A stretch of 64,000 nucleotides of DNA. Source: Candidatus Parvarchaeota archaeon. GTDB lineage: Archaea > Nanobdellota > Nanobdellia > WJKC01. The translations under genes were made by a program, and so were the position numbers. The DNA lies in the NCBI GenBank assembly GCA_017608505.1, contig JAFCFT010000002.1, forward strand, positions 15,299 to 79,298, given 5' to 3'. Shown here in pieces: positions 29,537-38,579 of this stretch. How positions within the stretch are numbered: position 1 is the first letter of the stretch; each line of letters starts with the position of its first letter. A model generated the notes under the pieces. That model made no database searches. It was not told the DNA's origin and saw only the letters and a list, made by a program, of their open reading frames with translations.

Positions 29537-30843
29537 GCTACCACCTTCATTTTACCAGTAACACAATCATTAATTAAAACCCTCTTATATTCTTCTAACC
29601 TTTTGATTTCATCCTCAATGATATCTATAGCACTCTTTATTTTCTCAGTAAAAGAATCCAAAAAAGCAACAATAGCTTCTTGTTCTTCTTTGTCCGGTAA
29701 TGGAAAATAAAAATTAACAAACGTTTTTTGGTACAAATGAGAAATTGTTGAACCTGTCTTAATATATTCAATAAAATTATTAAAAAGTTCTGAATTAAGA
29801 ACCCAGAACATAAACTTTGGCACGTAAATATTATTTTCAGGTCTTATAACAAAAACACCACTATTAAGAGTGGCTTTTCCGTAAAAACCTTCAATAAATG
29901 CTACTTTTCCAATACTACCATCTTTTGTAACTAAAACATCTTCATTTTGAATTTGTATATATGGATCCTGTAAATATCTTTCTTCATCAACGTGATGACA
30001 GGTTTCCCAATTTATTTTACCATTTTCAAAATTGGTTCCAGTTATTAAATAAGGCCCTTCATCTCTATATTCCTTAGATGTTAATCCTTGCCAACCTATT
30101 CTTGATTTAACATAAGATGTTGTTTTTATTCTTTTAATTTTAAACCTTTTAGCAATATGATTTAGCCATTTTATTCCACTGTCTTTCATTTCAACATTAG
30201 GGTTTAATCCTTTAGTGACTGCTTGATTAATAACTATTTTCTCATACTCTTTCAGTAATTCAACTTGTTTACGCTTATTATTAATCACTTTATCTAACTT
30301 ACTGGTCTTATCATCCAAAAAAGAAGCAATAGCCTCTTGCTCGTCTTTTGGTGGGAAAGGTATTTTAAAATTCTTAACAATATTTTCATTAATATGTCCC
30401 TGGGCCCCTCCAATTGTTTTTTTTAAAAAATAATCTTTTGAATTTAGCAATATGTAAAATAAGAATCTTGGAATAAAAGAATTATTAGGATAAAGTGCTG
30501 TAACTGATTGGTTAGCTGCAGAATCAAATTTTAAATAAGCAACATTGGCTCTAGTGGCGCCAGTTAGAGCAATTAATACAGAATTCCTTGGAAATAATTT
30601 AGCTGAACTTTCACTTAAACCTAACTCAGTAATAAAAATATCTGCTTCATATAAATCACAATTTTGAATTTTACCTGATGGTAACCAAGGAATGTTTCCA
30701 CCCCAATATTCTGATTTGGCTGTTGATGGAGTCCCCCCACTCGAAGTATTTGCAAAATTTTTAATTTTTCTTAATCTCCAATGTTTTGGTAAAGACTCGA
30801 CATATTCATAATCCACACATTTATACTCCTGATAAGTTCTCAT
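29533..30843 (-). CDS. hsdS: Type I RM specificity subunit (HsdS), two TRDs
   Basis: Duplicated conserved spacers 'PFPPKDEQEAIASFLD' and 'FPLPDKEEQEAIVAFLD'. Confidence 0.85.
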   Translation of the reverse strand: MRTYQEYKCVDYEYVESLPKHWRLRKIKNFANTSSGGTPSTAKSEYWGGNIPWLPSGKIQNCDLYEADIFITELGLSESSAKLFPRNSVLIALTGATRANVAYLKFDSAANQSVTALYPNNSFIPRFLFYILLNSKDYFLKKTIGGAQGHINENIVKNFKIPFPPKDEQEAIASFLDDKTSKLDKVINNKRKQVELLKEYEKIVINQAVTKGLNPNVEMKDSGIKWLNHIAKRFKIKRIKTTSYVKSRIGWQGLTSKEYRDEGPYLITGTNFENGKINWETCHHVDEERYLQDPYIQIQNEDVLVTKDGSIGKVAFIEGFYGKATLNSGVFVIRPENNIYVPKFMFWVLNSELFNNFIEYIKTGSTISHLYQKTFVNFYFPLPDKEEQEAIVAFLDSFTEKIKSAIDIIEDEIKRLEEYKRVLINDCVTGKMKVVA

Positions 30844-31805
30844 GTTTCTTCACTCCTTGTTAATTCGAAGTCAAATTCTTGTAATTTTAAAGCACATTCA
30901 ATAATATAATTGATACAAAAATCTAAATCTTCCTTATTAAAGGTTATTTCTGTTGATGGCATATGAAAAATTGGCTCAGGAGAACCAATAGCCCATACTG
31001 GTTTAGGGATAATTAATGAAAACTTAATGAATTTTCTATAATCTAAGCCAAAAGCAAGAATCTTAACGGCTTTTTGCATAGACTCAATAGATTCCTTTAC
31101 TTTATCAATAAACTCAGATAATCTATCAACATCAAATACTTGATTTTCATTGTTTAGATTAGGAATAAAATTATTTCTTATATTAAAACTATTCAACCAA
31201 GTCATATCTTTTCCAAAGAAAAAAGGTGACTCTCCAAACCTTGTTCTTTTTGATGACTCATAATCCTTTAATAAAAACTCAAAAGCCAAGGAAAGAGCTT
31301 TAATAGATTCATTCTTATTTGAAGAGAATTCACTTTTAGCTTTCTCTAAATAACTTCTAACTTTACTATTAAAAACCAAATTTATAAGAGAGATATCCTT
31401 AACATCAAGGTTATAAACATTTTTACATAATTCTTCAAAAATATTATTTGCAATAATTCTAGATTCTTGAACATCTGTTTTACTTGAAAATATTCCATGA
31501 TGCTTTAAATTAACTCTTTTTCTTTTTAATTTATCTAAACTTGGTCTTGAACTAATTTCAACTTTTGGAGGATTATCATTTATCCAATCATTTATTTTAT
31601 CAAAATATTGCATAAAACTAAGATTATTTGAGTTTATGTCCTTATCTTCTAAGACTAATAAAAATGCTAGTTCAAGAGCATCATGATAATGTAAAAGTGC
31701 CACTGAAGATAACGGTTCTGGTTTTTTGGATTCTTCATTTCCTTTTTCAATTAAGAATTTAGCAAAAGCCAATCTTTTAAGTATAATTTCTCGAGTTAAT
31801 GACAT
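30840..31805 (-). CDS. Unknown protein embedded in the Type I RM operon between hsdM and hsdS (possible HEPN-like toxin/abortive-infection component)
   Basis: 321 aa, all-alpha in appearance, translationally coupled (4-nt overlaps) with hsdS. It has an Rx4H-like 'RVNLKHH' segment. No ATPase motifs. Confidence 0.35.
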   Translation of the reverse strand: MSLTREIILKRLAFAKFLIEKGNEESKKPEPLSSVALLHYHDALELAFLLVLEDKDINSNNLSFMQYFDKINDWINDNPPKVEISSRPSLDKLKRKRVNLKHHGIFSSKTDVQESRIIANNIFEELCKNVYNLDVKDISLINLVFNSKVRSYLEKAKSEFSSNKNESIKALSLAFEFLLKDYESSKRTRFGESPFFFGKDMTWLNSFNIRNNFIPNLNNENQVFDVDRLSEFIDKVKESIESMQKAVKILAFGLDYRKFIKFSLIIPKPVWAIGSPEPIFHMPSTEITFNKEDLDFCINYIIECALKLQEFDFELTRSEET

Positions 31806-31821
31806 TTTTAATCCTCCATAA

Positions 31822-33582
31822 TCATTTTATTAGCCCTAATTCTTTTAGCAGTTTTTTATTTTCTTCTTCTAAGTCTCTAAATTCTTTGATTACTTCTTCT
31901 TGCGACCTTAAAGGTTTATACTTATAAAAGTATTGAGTGAAATTAATCTCGTAACCAACAACCTGTTTCTTAATCTTATATGGTTTTTCAACTTCACGCT
32001 TTAAATATTCGTTAATATCTTCTTTTAGTGGGACATACTCAGCGTCATTAATCTTAACAATTTGAGTGACCTCCTTTCGTTCACCATTAACTTTTTTCAC
32101 AACAGTTTCTTTCTTAGGATTGCCGTTTTCATCAACATCAGTAAGTTCAAGAAATACCTTAGTATAACCAAAATCCTCATTATCAAAAATCTTGGAATTA
32201 TCAGACTCCTTAAATTCCTTATAAATCTCAAAAATCTTAACAATTTGGTCATCAGAGATATACTTACGCTTATTACCAAGACTCTTCTTCATAGGCTCAT
32301 AAAAATTAACAGCATTAATGAGTTGTACCTTACCCCTCCTTCTAGGTTCTTTCCTATTACGGATTATCCATCTGTACGTGGCTATACCTGTGTTATAAAA
32401 TAAATCAGTAGGTAAAGCAATAATTGCATCAATCAGATCATTCTCCAATAAATACTTCCTAAAATTACTTTCACCACTACCAGCATCCCCAGTGAATAAA
32501 GGACTGCCATTAAAAACAATAGCAATACCACTGTCCCCATCACTAGGATTCTTAAGTTTAGATAACATGTGCATTAAGAACAAAGTAGCCCCATCAGACA
32601 CGCGAGGAAGCATGTCCTTAGGGAAACGACCACTAGCATCATCAAGAATAGCTTTTTTATCCTTCTTCCAAGTAACACCGAAAGGAGGATTAGACAACAT
32701 GAAATCAAACTTAGCATTAGGAAACTTATCATTAGTTAATGTATTGCCAAATTTAATATTATCAGACTCTTCACCCTTAATTAACATATCAGAAGCGCCT
32801 ATCGCCCAAGTCTCAGGTTGCTTTTCCTGACCATAAACAATCACTTTAGCCTTAGGATTAACTTCTTTAAGAATAAATTCTTTAGCAATCACTAGCATAC
32901 CCCCAGTACCACATGCAGGGTCATAAATCTCTTTAATCTCACCATCCTTAATCTTAGAATCATTAATCAAAAGTTTAACCATTAATTTAATAACTTCACG
33001 AGGAGTAAAATGTTGTCCTGCTTCCTCACCAGTCTGCTCTGAAAAACGCCTAATTAACTCCTCAAAGATGTAACCCATCTTCTCGTTACTAATAACTTGG
33101 GGAGACAAGTTTAACTCAGAATACTGCTTTAATAATGGATACAACAATTTATCCTTCTCTAACTTATTTAACTCTTTGAAAAGACCAAAGTATTCAATAA
33201 TCATTTTAATATTATCTGTAAAACCATTCAAGTAACTCTTAAAATTCTCTTTAATCTCACTAGTTTTTTCAGCGCAAAGTTTTTCGAAAGTAAACTTAGA
33301 TTTATTATCAAATCCGAGAGAGGTAATTAATTTGTTATGAATAAACTTCCTCTTTTCCGCGTCATCCATTTTAATATTTTTAAGTTTTTTTTCAATTTCT
33401 TTCCTTTTTTCTTCTAAAACACACTCAATCCTTCTAAGAACAACAAAAGGCAATATAATGTCTTGATACTGATGTTGCTTATAAGTATCTCTTAATATTT
33501 CAGCAGATTGCCAGATAAAATTTACTTCAGCACTTATATTAATATGGTCTGCTTTCATATTATAAAACATAACATACACCAT
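31822..33582 (-). CDS. hsdM: Type I RM N6-adenine DNA methyltransferase (HsdM)
   Basis: 'DPACGTGGML' (motif I) and 'LSNPPFG' (motif IV), 586 aa. Confidence 0.9.
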   Translation of the reverse strand: MVYVMFYNMKADHINISAEVNFIWQSAEILRDTYKQHQYQDIILPFVVLRRIECVLEEKRKEIEKKLKNIKMDDAEKRKFIHNKLITSLGFDNKSKFTFEKLCAEKTSEIKENFKSYLNGFTDNIKMIIEYFGLFKELNKLEKDKLLYPLLKQYSELNLSPQVISNEKMGYIFEELIRRFSEQTGEEAGQHFTPREVIKLMVKLLINDSKIKDGEIKEIYDPACGTGGMLVIAKEFILKEVNPKAKVIVYGQEKQPETWAIGASDMLIKGEESDNIKFGNTLTNDKFPNAKFDFMLSNPPFGVTWKKDKKAILDDASGRFPKDMLPRVSDGATLFLMHMLSKLKNPSDGDSGIAIVFNGSPLFTGDAGSGESNFRKYLLENDLIDAIIALPTDLFYNTGIATYRWIIRNRKEPRRRGKVQLINAVNFYEPMKKSLGNKRKYISDDQIVKIFEIYKEFKESDNSKIFDNEDFGYTKVFLELTDVDENGNPKKETVVKKVNGERKEVTQIVKINDAEYVPLKEDINEYLKREVEKPYKIKKQVVGYEINFTQYFYKYKPLRSQEEVIKEFRDLEEENKKLLKELGLIK

Positions 33583-33602
33583 TAATATTTATTTTTATAT
33601 AA

Positions 33603-33821
33603 TTAACCATAAATAGTCCATGCTTCCTTTTTGAAACTTTTTTCAAACTCTTTAGTTCGAATTTCTTCAAATAGCATGTAAGACTCTAAAAAGACTTTCA
33701 TACATTTCTCACAAACAGGTATTCTACCATTTTTATTTTTTTTGTTACCTAAGAACTTATCTGTTTTAGACTTACAAAAGTGGCAATTGTACTTCTTTAT
33801 TCTTAACAAGTTCTTAATCAT
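33603..33821 (-). CDS. Small zinc-finger protein
   Basis: 72 aa, 'CHFCKS...CEKC'. Confidence 0.35.
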   Translation of the reverse strand: MIKNLLRIKKYNCHFCKSKTDKFLGNKKNKNGRIPVCEKCMKVFLESYMLFEEIRTKEFEKSFKKEAWTIYG

Positions 33822-33894
33822 TATATCACCTCCATTTTTCCTAAATAATAATGGACAATTAAAGTATTAAAATATTATATTAGAAATTACAAAA

Positions 33895-34602
33895 TTATTC
33901 TGTAATATTGAGTGCTACAAGTAATTTACCTGCTGGTTTTAAGATTACCCTGGTGTTCCTTCCTTCTCTTTCCATTTCAATTAAACCACGCCGCTTTAAA
34001 GATTTAAGACTAGCATTAATTTTTTGTGGTTTATGAATAAAAGGCAACTCACCATATCTATCCTTAAAATTTTCACAATATACCCTTCTAAAATAAGTAC
34101 AATTTTCTACTTCACCATTAAATGAATTAAGAATCTTAAGAATATTCCATTGTACATTAGTTAAATCTGTTGCTTTAGGAATTTTAAACATTGGCAATTC
34201 ATTTACCAAATCCTTAGTTTTAGCATCCTTTAATATACGTTTATCAAGAACATAATAACCTGTTGCATTAATTAAAATTATAGCAATACTAGCTGCGGCA
34301 GCCATAATATTGGTGCCCATGGTTATATTAAAATAAAAATTAATATTGGAATTGTTTTTTAATTCAATATCTGCAGTTTTTTTTACTTTTATAATTAAAT
34401 CAGTTAATTCAAATGGATTAATAGTAATTGTAGAAACAGAATCACAAATAGCTAATTTAATAATCTTTTCTGCTTCTTTAGAAACATTCTTAGTGCCTTC
34501 AGAATCAATAAGGTAAACTTTATCTATATCCTCGTAGTGCTTTAAACCAGTAATAATTGGTTCAATTCCGCTTTTTCCAACATTAATAAAATGGATATTC
34601 AT
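33895..34602 (-). CDS. CARF-domain plus winged-helix transcriptional regulator (Csa3-like)
   Basis: The N-terminal Rossmann-like 'IHFINVG...VYLIDSEG...NITMGTN' parallels the Csa3 CARF 'DLTMGMR' ligand loop. The C-terminal wHTH is 'LKSLKRRGLIEMEREGRNTRVILKPAG'. Confidence 0.5.
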   Translation of the reverse strand: MNIHFINVGKSGIEPIITGLKHYEDIDKVYLIDSEGTKNVSKEAEKIIKLAICDSVSTITINPFELTDLIIKVKKTADIELKNNSNINFYFNITMGTNIMAAAASIAIILINATGYYVLDKRILKDAKTKDLVNELPMFKIPKATDLTNVQWNILKILNSFNGEVENCTYFRRVYCENFKDRYGELPFIHKPQKINASLKSLKRRGLIEMEREGRNTRVILKPAGKLLVALNITE

Positions 34603-34647
34603 AATGTTAAAATTAAAAGTTGTAATATCTTAAAAAATATTGCTATA

Positions 34648-35334
34648 CTATAAATATTTAATCATTAAATCCAATAATTCATCGAAAGCGTATAAAGATA
34701 ACAAAAAAATATTAAAGATTACTAAAAACCCTCCAGGACTTTTTTTATTAGTTATAAGATCAGTACTTGAATATCGTTTTTTTATTGGATCGTGATGTTT
34801 ATCTCTTTCATCAGATAAAAAATCAAAAATAAAAAAAAATCTTGGATTTACTGCATCGTATTTTTTTAAAGTAGAAAATAAATTCTTATCCAATTTTACC
34901 CCACTCATTATTATTCCAGGATTCTGTAATCGCCCAACAGTCTCCTTATACATATCTTTGTATTTACAAAAAATAGTAAAATTCTTCGCATAAATAGACA
35001 TTCTGTCACCCTTTTCTTTAGGATCTATATCTATATTTAACTTGTTCAATATTACTTTGAAAACTCTTTTAAAAACAGCATCATTCAATGCACTGACAAT
35101 ATCAACAAAATAAGCAGAATTATCACTACTAATAATCCTTTTTATATCATTCTTTTGATCAATTAAATATTCTATCGCTGCTTCTAATTCTTTTTTTTGA
35201 ATAGAAGTTAACCAAGAAATTTTTTCAAGTTTTTTAATAATGTCCTCTTTAACAAAGTCAATATTATCCAATACACCTTTTATTGATTTTTTTATTTCTT
35301 TAAGACTACAGTCACGACTACTCATTAAAATCAC
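34648..35334 (-). CDS. hypothetical protein with a C-terminal transmembrane helix
   Basis: 228 aa with a hydrophobic C-terminal 'GGFLVIFNIFLLSLYAF'. It overlaps the downstream Type IIG gene by 4 nt. Confidence 0.35.
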   Translation of the reverse strand: MILMSSRDCSLKEIKKSIKGVLDNIDFVKEDIIKKLEKISWLTSIQKKELEAAIEYLIDQKNDIKRIISSDNSAYFVDIVSALNDAVFKRVFKVILNKLNIDIDPKEKGDRMSIYAKNFTIFCKYKDMYKETVGRLQNPGIIMSGVKLDKNLFSTLKKYDAVNPRFFFIFDFLSDERDKHHDPIKKRYSSTDLITNKKSPGGFLVIFNIFLLSLYAFDELLDLMIKYL

Positions 35335-37397
35335 TTATATAAATTATCTAATTCTTTTTTTAGTAAAACTATTTGTGATTCTAACAAATCAATTTTATTT
35401 TGCAATTCTTTTGCCTTTAACATTTTTTCTTTTTGTTTATCAAAGCGTAGTAATGGAATCCTCAAATTTTTTAGTGTATCTATTGGTAAGTGCTTTATCA
35501 CTCCATAACTAAAATTCTCGATTTGTTTTTTAACATAATCGGTTTTTAATAATGAATGTAAATAATAAGGATTAATATCTTTTTTTGGTCTTAAAGCAAC
35601 AAGAGAACTCGAGTGAACTCCTCTATAATCTTCATTAAATATAGCGGTTTTACCTATAGTACCAGTAATTGAAAATAGTATGTCGCCTTTATTTAAATTA
35701 AATTTAAATTTTGAAGAATCGATATTGACTAAATCTTTATTAACAATCGTTCCTGCATATAAATTTAATATTCTAATATACTTTATTTTGCCCTTCCCAT
35801 AATCTTTTTTTGGAACGTGGATCCCAGGGTAGATTTCACATAATTCTTGCAATCTTACAATTTTAATATTATTCTTGCGATACGTTTCTTCAATTTTCTT
35901 TATATCATTCAAATAAGGACCAAATGACAATATATAATTATAACTTTTGATTTCGTTTATACATACTAATTTTCGTAACTTTCCTAAAATCAAAGGTTTA
36001 TCTTCTTCGAATTTTTTAATATACTCTACAATCCCTTCAAATTCCATTTTTAATTTTTCATTAGCAACATCTTTATTTGAGTAATCTTCTTTACAATCAA
36101 TCATCAAAATATCGTTTTTGGTCCTACAATTATCAATAATCATTATTGATGATTGAATATGCATTAATGGGGCCCAAATATTTATAGGCAAGTTTATAAT
36201 CGCTTTAATTGAGTATTCTTCTAATAAATATTTTCTGAAATGCTTATTTGTATTGTCAAATAAAAAACCATTGGGAACTATTACTATTAATCTACCTTTT
36301 GGATTTAATGATTTAAGTGCAACATAAATAAAAGCAGCTTCAACACTTTTAAATTTGGTTAAATCATTTAATTTATCCTTATTTGGCCTTAATCCAAATG
36401 GAGGATTCAAAAATATTACATCAAATTTTTCATGAATCTGGTCATTAAGAACATTTTTAATTTGTAACTCAACATCAATATTTAAGAGGTACTTTATTAA
36501 TTTTATAAAATAAATATTATTCGAATTTTTTTCAAAACCAGTTAATTTAAAATTGTTCAATAAAGCATTTTTTACTAAAACTTGACCTTTTTTGCAATTA
36601 AAATCTGCAAATGATCTAGAATCCTCTTTTATTAATCCCAAAATAAAGTCAACCAATATATTTGGAATATAAGATTCGTCAAATTTACTATTTATTAATT
36701 TGTAATCATATACTATATTTATTATTTTTTCCAATGTTTTTTTATCCAAACTAAGTATATTTAAACTTTTCATTAATAATTCCAAATCGTTTTCTTTGTT
36801 AGTAAAAAGTTTATTAATATTCAAATATTCGGGATCAATATTAAGTTCTCTTGATAACTTTTTTGATAACTCATTTATTTTATCTTTAAATTCATTTAAA
36901 TTTTTGTATTCAAATAAATTTTTAGACCTACCATATTTAATTAACGCCAATAATTTTATAATTATAACTGTACCATTTTCTCTATAATTCCTTAGGTAAT
37001 TAAATATTCTCCAAATTTTACTCGTAACATCAGTATCAAAAGACTCAAGTAATGGAATTTCAGGTACTTCACTAATTTTCTTATTTTTTTTCCTAAAATA
37101 GATAAAATTATCTCCGTTAGTTAATATTCCATAAGGAAAATTAGAATTTAACAACAATTCATTCAATTGAATTTTTGATAAACTACTATCAATCAACTTT
37201 TTAATTTCAATTAAAATATAAGGTTTTGAATCAACATAACAAACTAAATCAGCAATATATTTTACACCATTTTTAATAAAACAACAATTTTTCTCAAATA
37301 ACACATTAACGTCTTTATTAAATCCTGCTCTCAATTTTTCAATAACTTTATTAACAGTTTTTAATCTCCAATTTGGGCGATACTGATTTTCACTCAT
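35331..37397 (-). CDS. Single-chain Type IIG-like restriction-modification enzyme (PD-(D/E)xK nuclease + N6-adenine MTase + HsdS-like TRD)
   Basis: N-terminal 'DLVCYVDSKPYILIEIKK' (D...EIK), 'FLNPPFG' methyltransferase motif IV, and a C-terminal TRD with an HsdS-like conserved tail. 688 aa. Confidence 0.6.
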   Translation of the reverse strand: MSENQYRPNWRLKTVNKVIEKLRAGFNKDVNVLFEKNCCFIKNGVKYIADLVCYVDSKPYILIEIKKLIDSSLSKIQLNELLLNSNFPYGILTNGDNFIYFRKKNKKISEVPEIPLLESFDTDVTSKIWRIFNYLRNYRENGTVIIIKLLALIKYGRSKNLFEYKNLNEFKDKINELSKKLSRELNIDPEYLNINKLFTNKENDLELLMKSLNILSLDKKTLEKIINIVYDYKLINSKFDESYIPNILVDFILGLIKEDSRSFADFNCKKGQVLVKNALLNNFKLTGFEKNSNNIYFIKLIKYLLNIDVELQIKNVLNDQIHEKFDVIFLNPPFGLRPNKDKLNDLTKFKSVEAAFIYVALKSLNPKGRLIVIVPNGFLFDNTNKHFRKYLLEEYSIKAIINLPINIWAPLMHIQSSIMIIDNCRTKNDILMIDCKEDYSNKDVANEKLKMEFEGIVEYIKKFEEDKPLILGKLRKLVCINEIKSYNYILSFGPYLNDIKKIEETYRKNNIKIVRLQELCEIYPGIHVPKKDYGKGKIKYIRILNLYAGTIVNKDLVNIDSSKFKFNLNKGDILFSITGTIGKTAIFNEDYRGVHSSSLVALRPKKDINPYYLHSLLKTDYVKKQIENFSYGVIKHLPIDTLKNLRIPLLRFDKQKEKMLKAKELQNKIDLLESQIVLLKKELDNLYK

Positions 37398-37478
37398 AAT
37401 TAAACATTAGTTAGCAGTATTTATATAGTTTAATATTGAATTTACAATTTATTATTGTAATAAAAATATTTAAATAAT

Positions 37479-38051
37479 TTAAAATAATAGCTTACTCACT
37501 TTCCTCTTCACAGCAATCAACGAAGACTCGCATATCCCGAACTCCTTCGTCACTTTTGACATGCTTATTTTCTCTTTGTTCTTCTTGGCAGTGTCGTATA
37601 GGACCACTGCAGCTAAAACCATTGGGTCGTTGTTTAAGCCCATTTTTTCGATTAATTCGATTTTCCTAATTGCCTCGCTTATAGTTTTGCCACTCAAGCC
37701 CAGATTGTTGCTGTAGCGGGTTATCAAACCAGACATCTGCAGCGCCACAACACTAAGTCTTAAGCTCTTAGTGACTGTCTTGTAAGTCCTGAACAAAGAG
37801 TACTTGTCCGTGTCCAGGGCGCGCGCAATCTCCTTCATACTCACAGTATACCCGTCGCGCTTGCACACGTAATAAGTCAGTGCTCCTATTGCCCTGTCAG
37901 TGAATATTCCCTGGCTCTTGCCAAAATTAATTAGTTCCCAGTATAATCGCATAACTTCGCGCTTAACGCTCCTTGGCAGGCATAGTATGTTGTTCAGCAT
38001 GTCAAACTCCCTGCCAGCAGTAAGCACGCGGTTGATTTTTGGAGTGCCCAT
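37479..38051 (-). CDS. TFB-like protein, cyclin-fold core only (no N-terminal Zn-ribbon or B-reader)
   Basis: Two cyclin repeats align to the TFB core ('LCLPRSVKREVMRLYWE', 'RAIGALTYYVCKRDGYTVSMKEIA', 'ITRYSNNLGLSGKTISEAIRKIE'). The likely start is at Met15 (MGTPKINR) with 'CCTTTATATA' about 25 nt upstream. Confidence 0.65.
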   Translation of the reverse strand: MGTPKINRVLTAGREFDMLNNILCLPRSVKREVMRLYWELINFGKSQGIFTDRAIGALTYYVCKRDGYTVSMKEIARALDTDKYSLFRTYKTVTKSLRLSVVALQMSGLITRYSNNLGLSGKTISEAIRKIELIEKMGLNNDPMVLAAVVLYDTAKKNKEKISMSKVTKEFGICESSLIAVKRKVSKLLF

Positions 38052-38234
38052 CGTAGAATTATTGTGAATAAGTAGTATATAAAGGAAAAACAACCGAAGT
38101 AGTTAAAAATTAACAATACAATATATTTTATAAAGATAGTACTGAAATCTAGTCTTTCAAAAATCTATAAGCCAAAATTTAAGTCTAGGTACGCTAAGGA
38201 GAAGTCCTCCAAATAGGTCGCTCAAGTTTCTAAA

Positions 38235-38579
38235 TTACTTTTTATGAATACTCCAACTGAATTTTAATAGGCCTAAATTAACCTCAAAACCAAATGTATG
38301 TTTAAATTTTGGTTGATTTTCTACGATGTTAATACCTTTAGGTAAAATTCGTGTCACAAAAAATATTTGAGCTCCATTTATATTACCTATTGCTCCATAA
38401 CTCTTAAGAATGCCTAAATCATTAAGATAATTATATGCTAAATTAATTCTCTTTCCATTCCATTTTGTTTCATTAATCACATCTCGTGTTCCAACACTAC
38501 TTTTGCCTTTATTCACTAACTCGTTATAAAAGAAAAGTAACAATTCACCCGCATCTTTTTGAACTCCCATTTTCATCAC
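38235..38579 (-). CDS. hypothetical protein
   Basis: 114 aa ORF overlapping the next gene by 4 nt. Confidence 0.3.
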   Translation of the reverse strand: MMKMGVQKDAGELLLFFYNELVNKGKSSVGTRDVINETKWNGKRINLAYNYLNDLGILKSYGAIGNINGAQIFFVTRILPKGINIVENQPKFKHTFGFEVNLGLLKFSWSIHKK

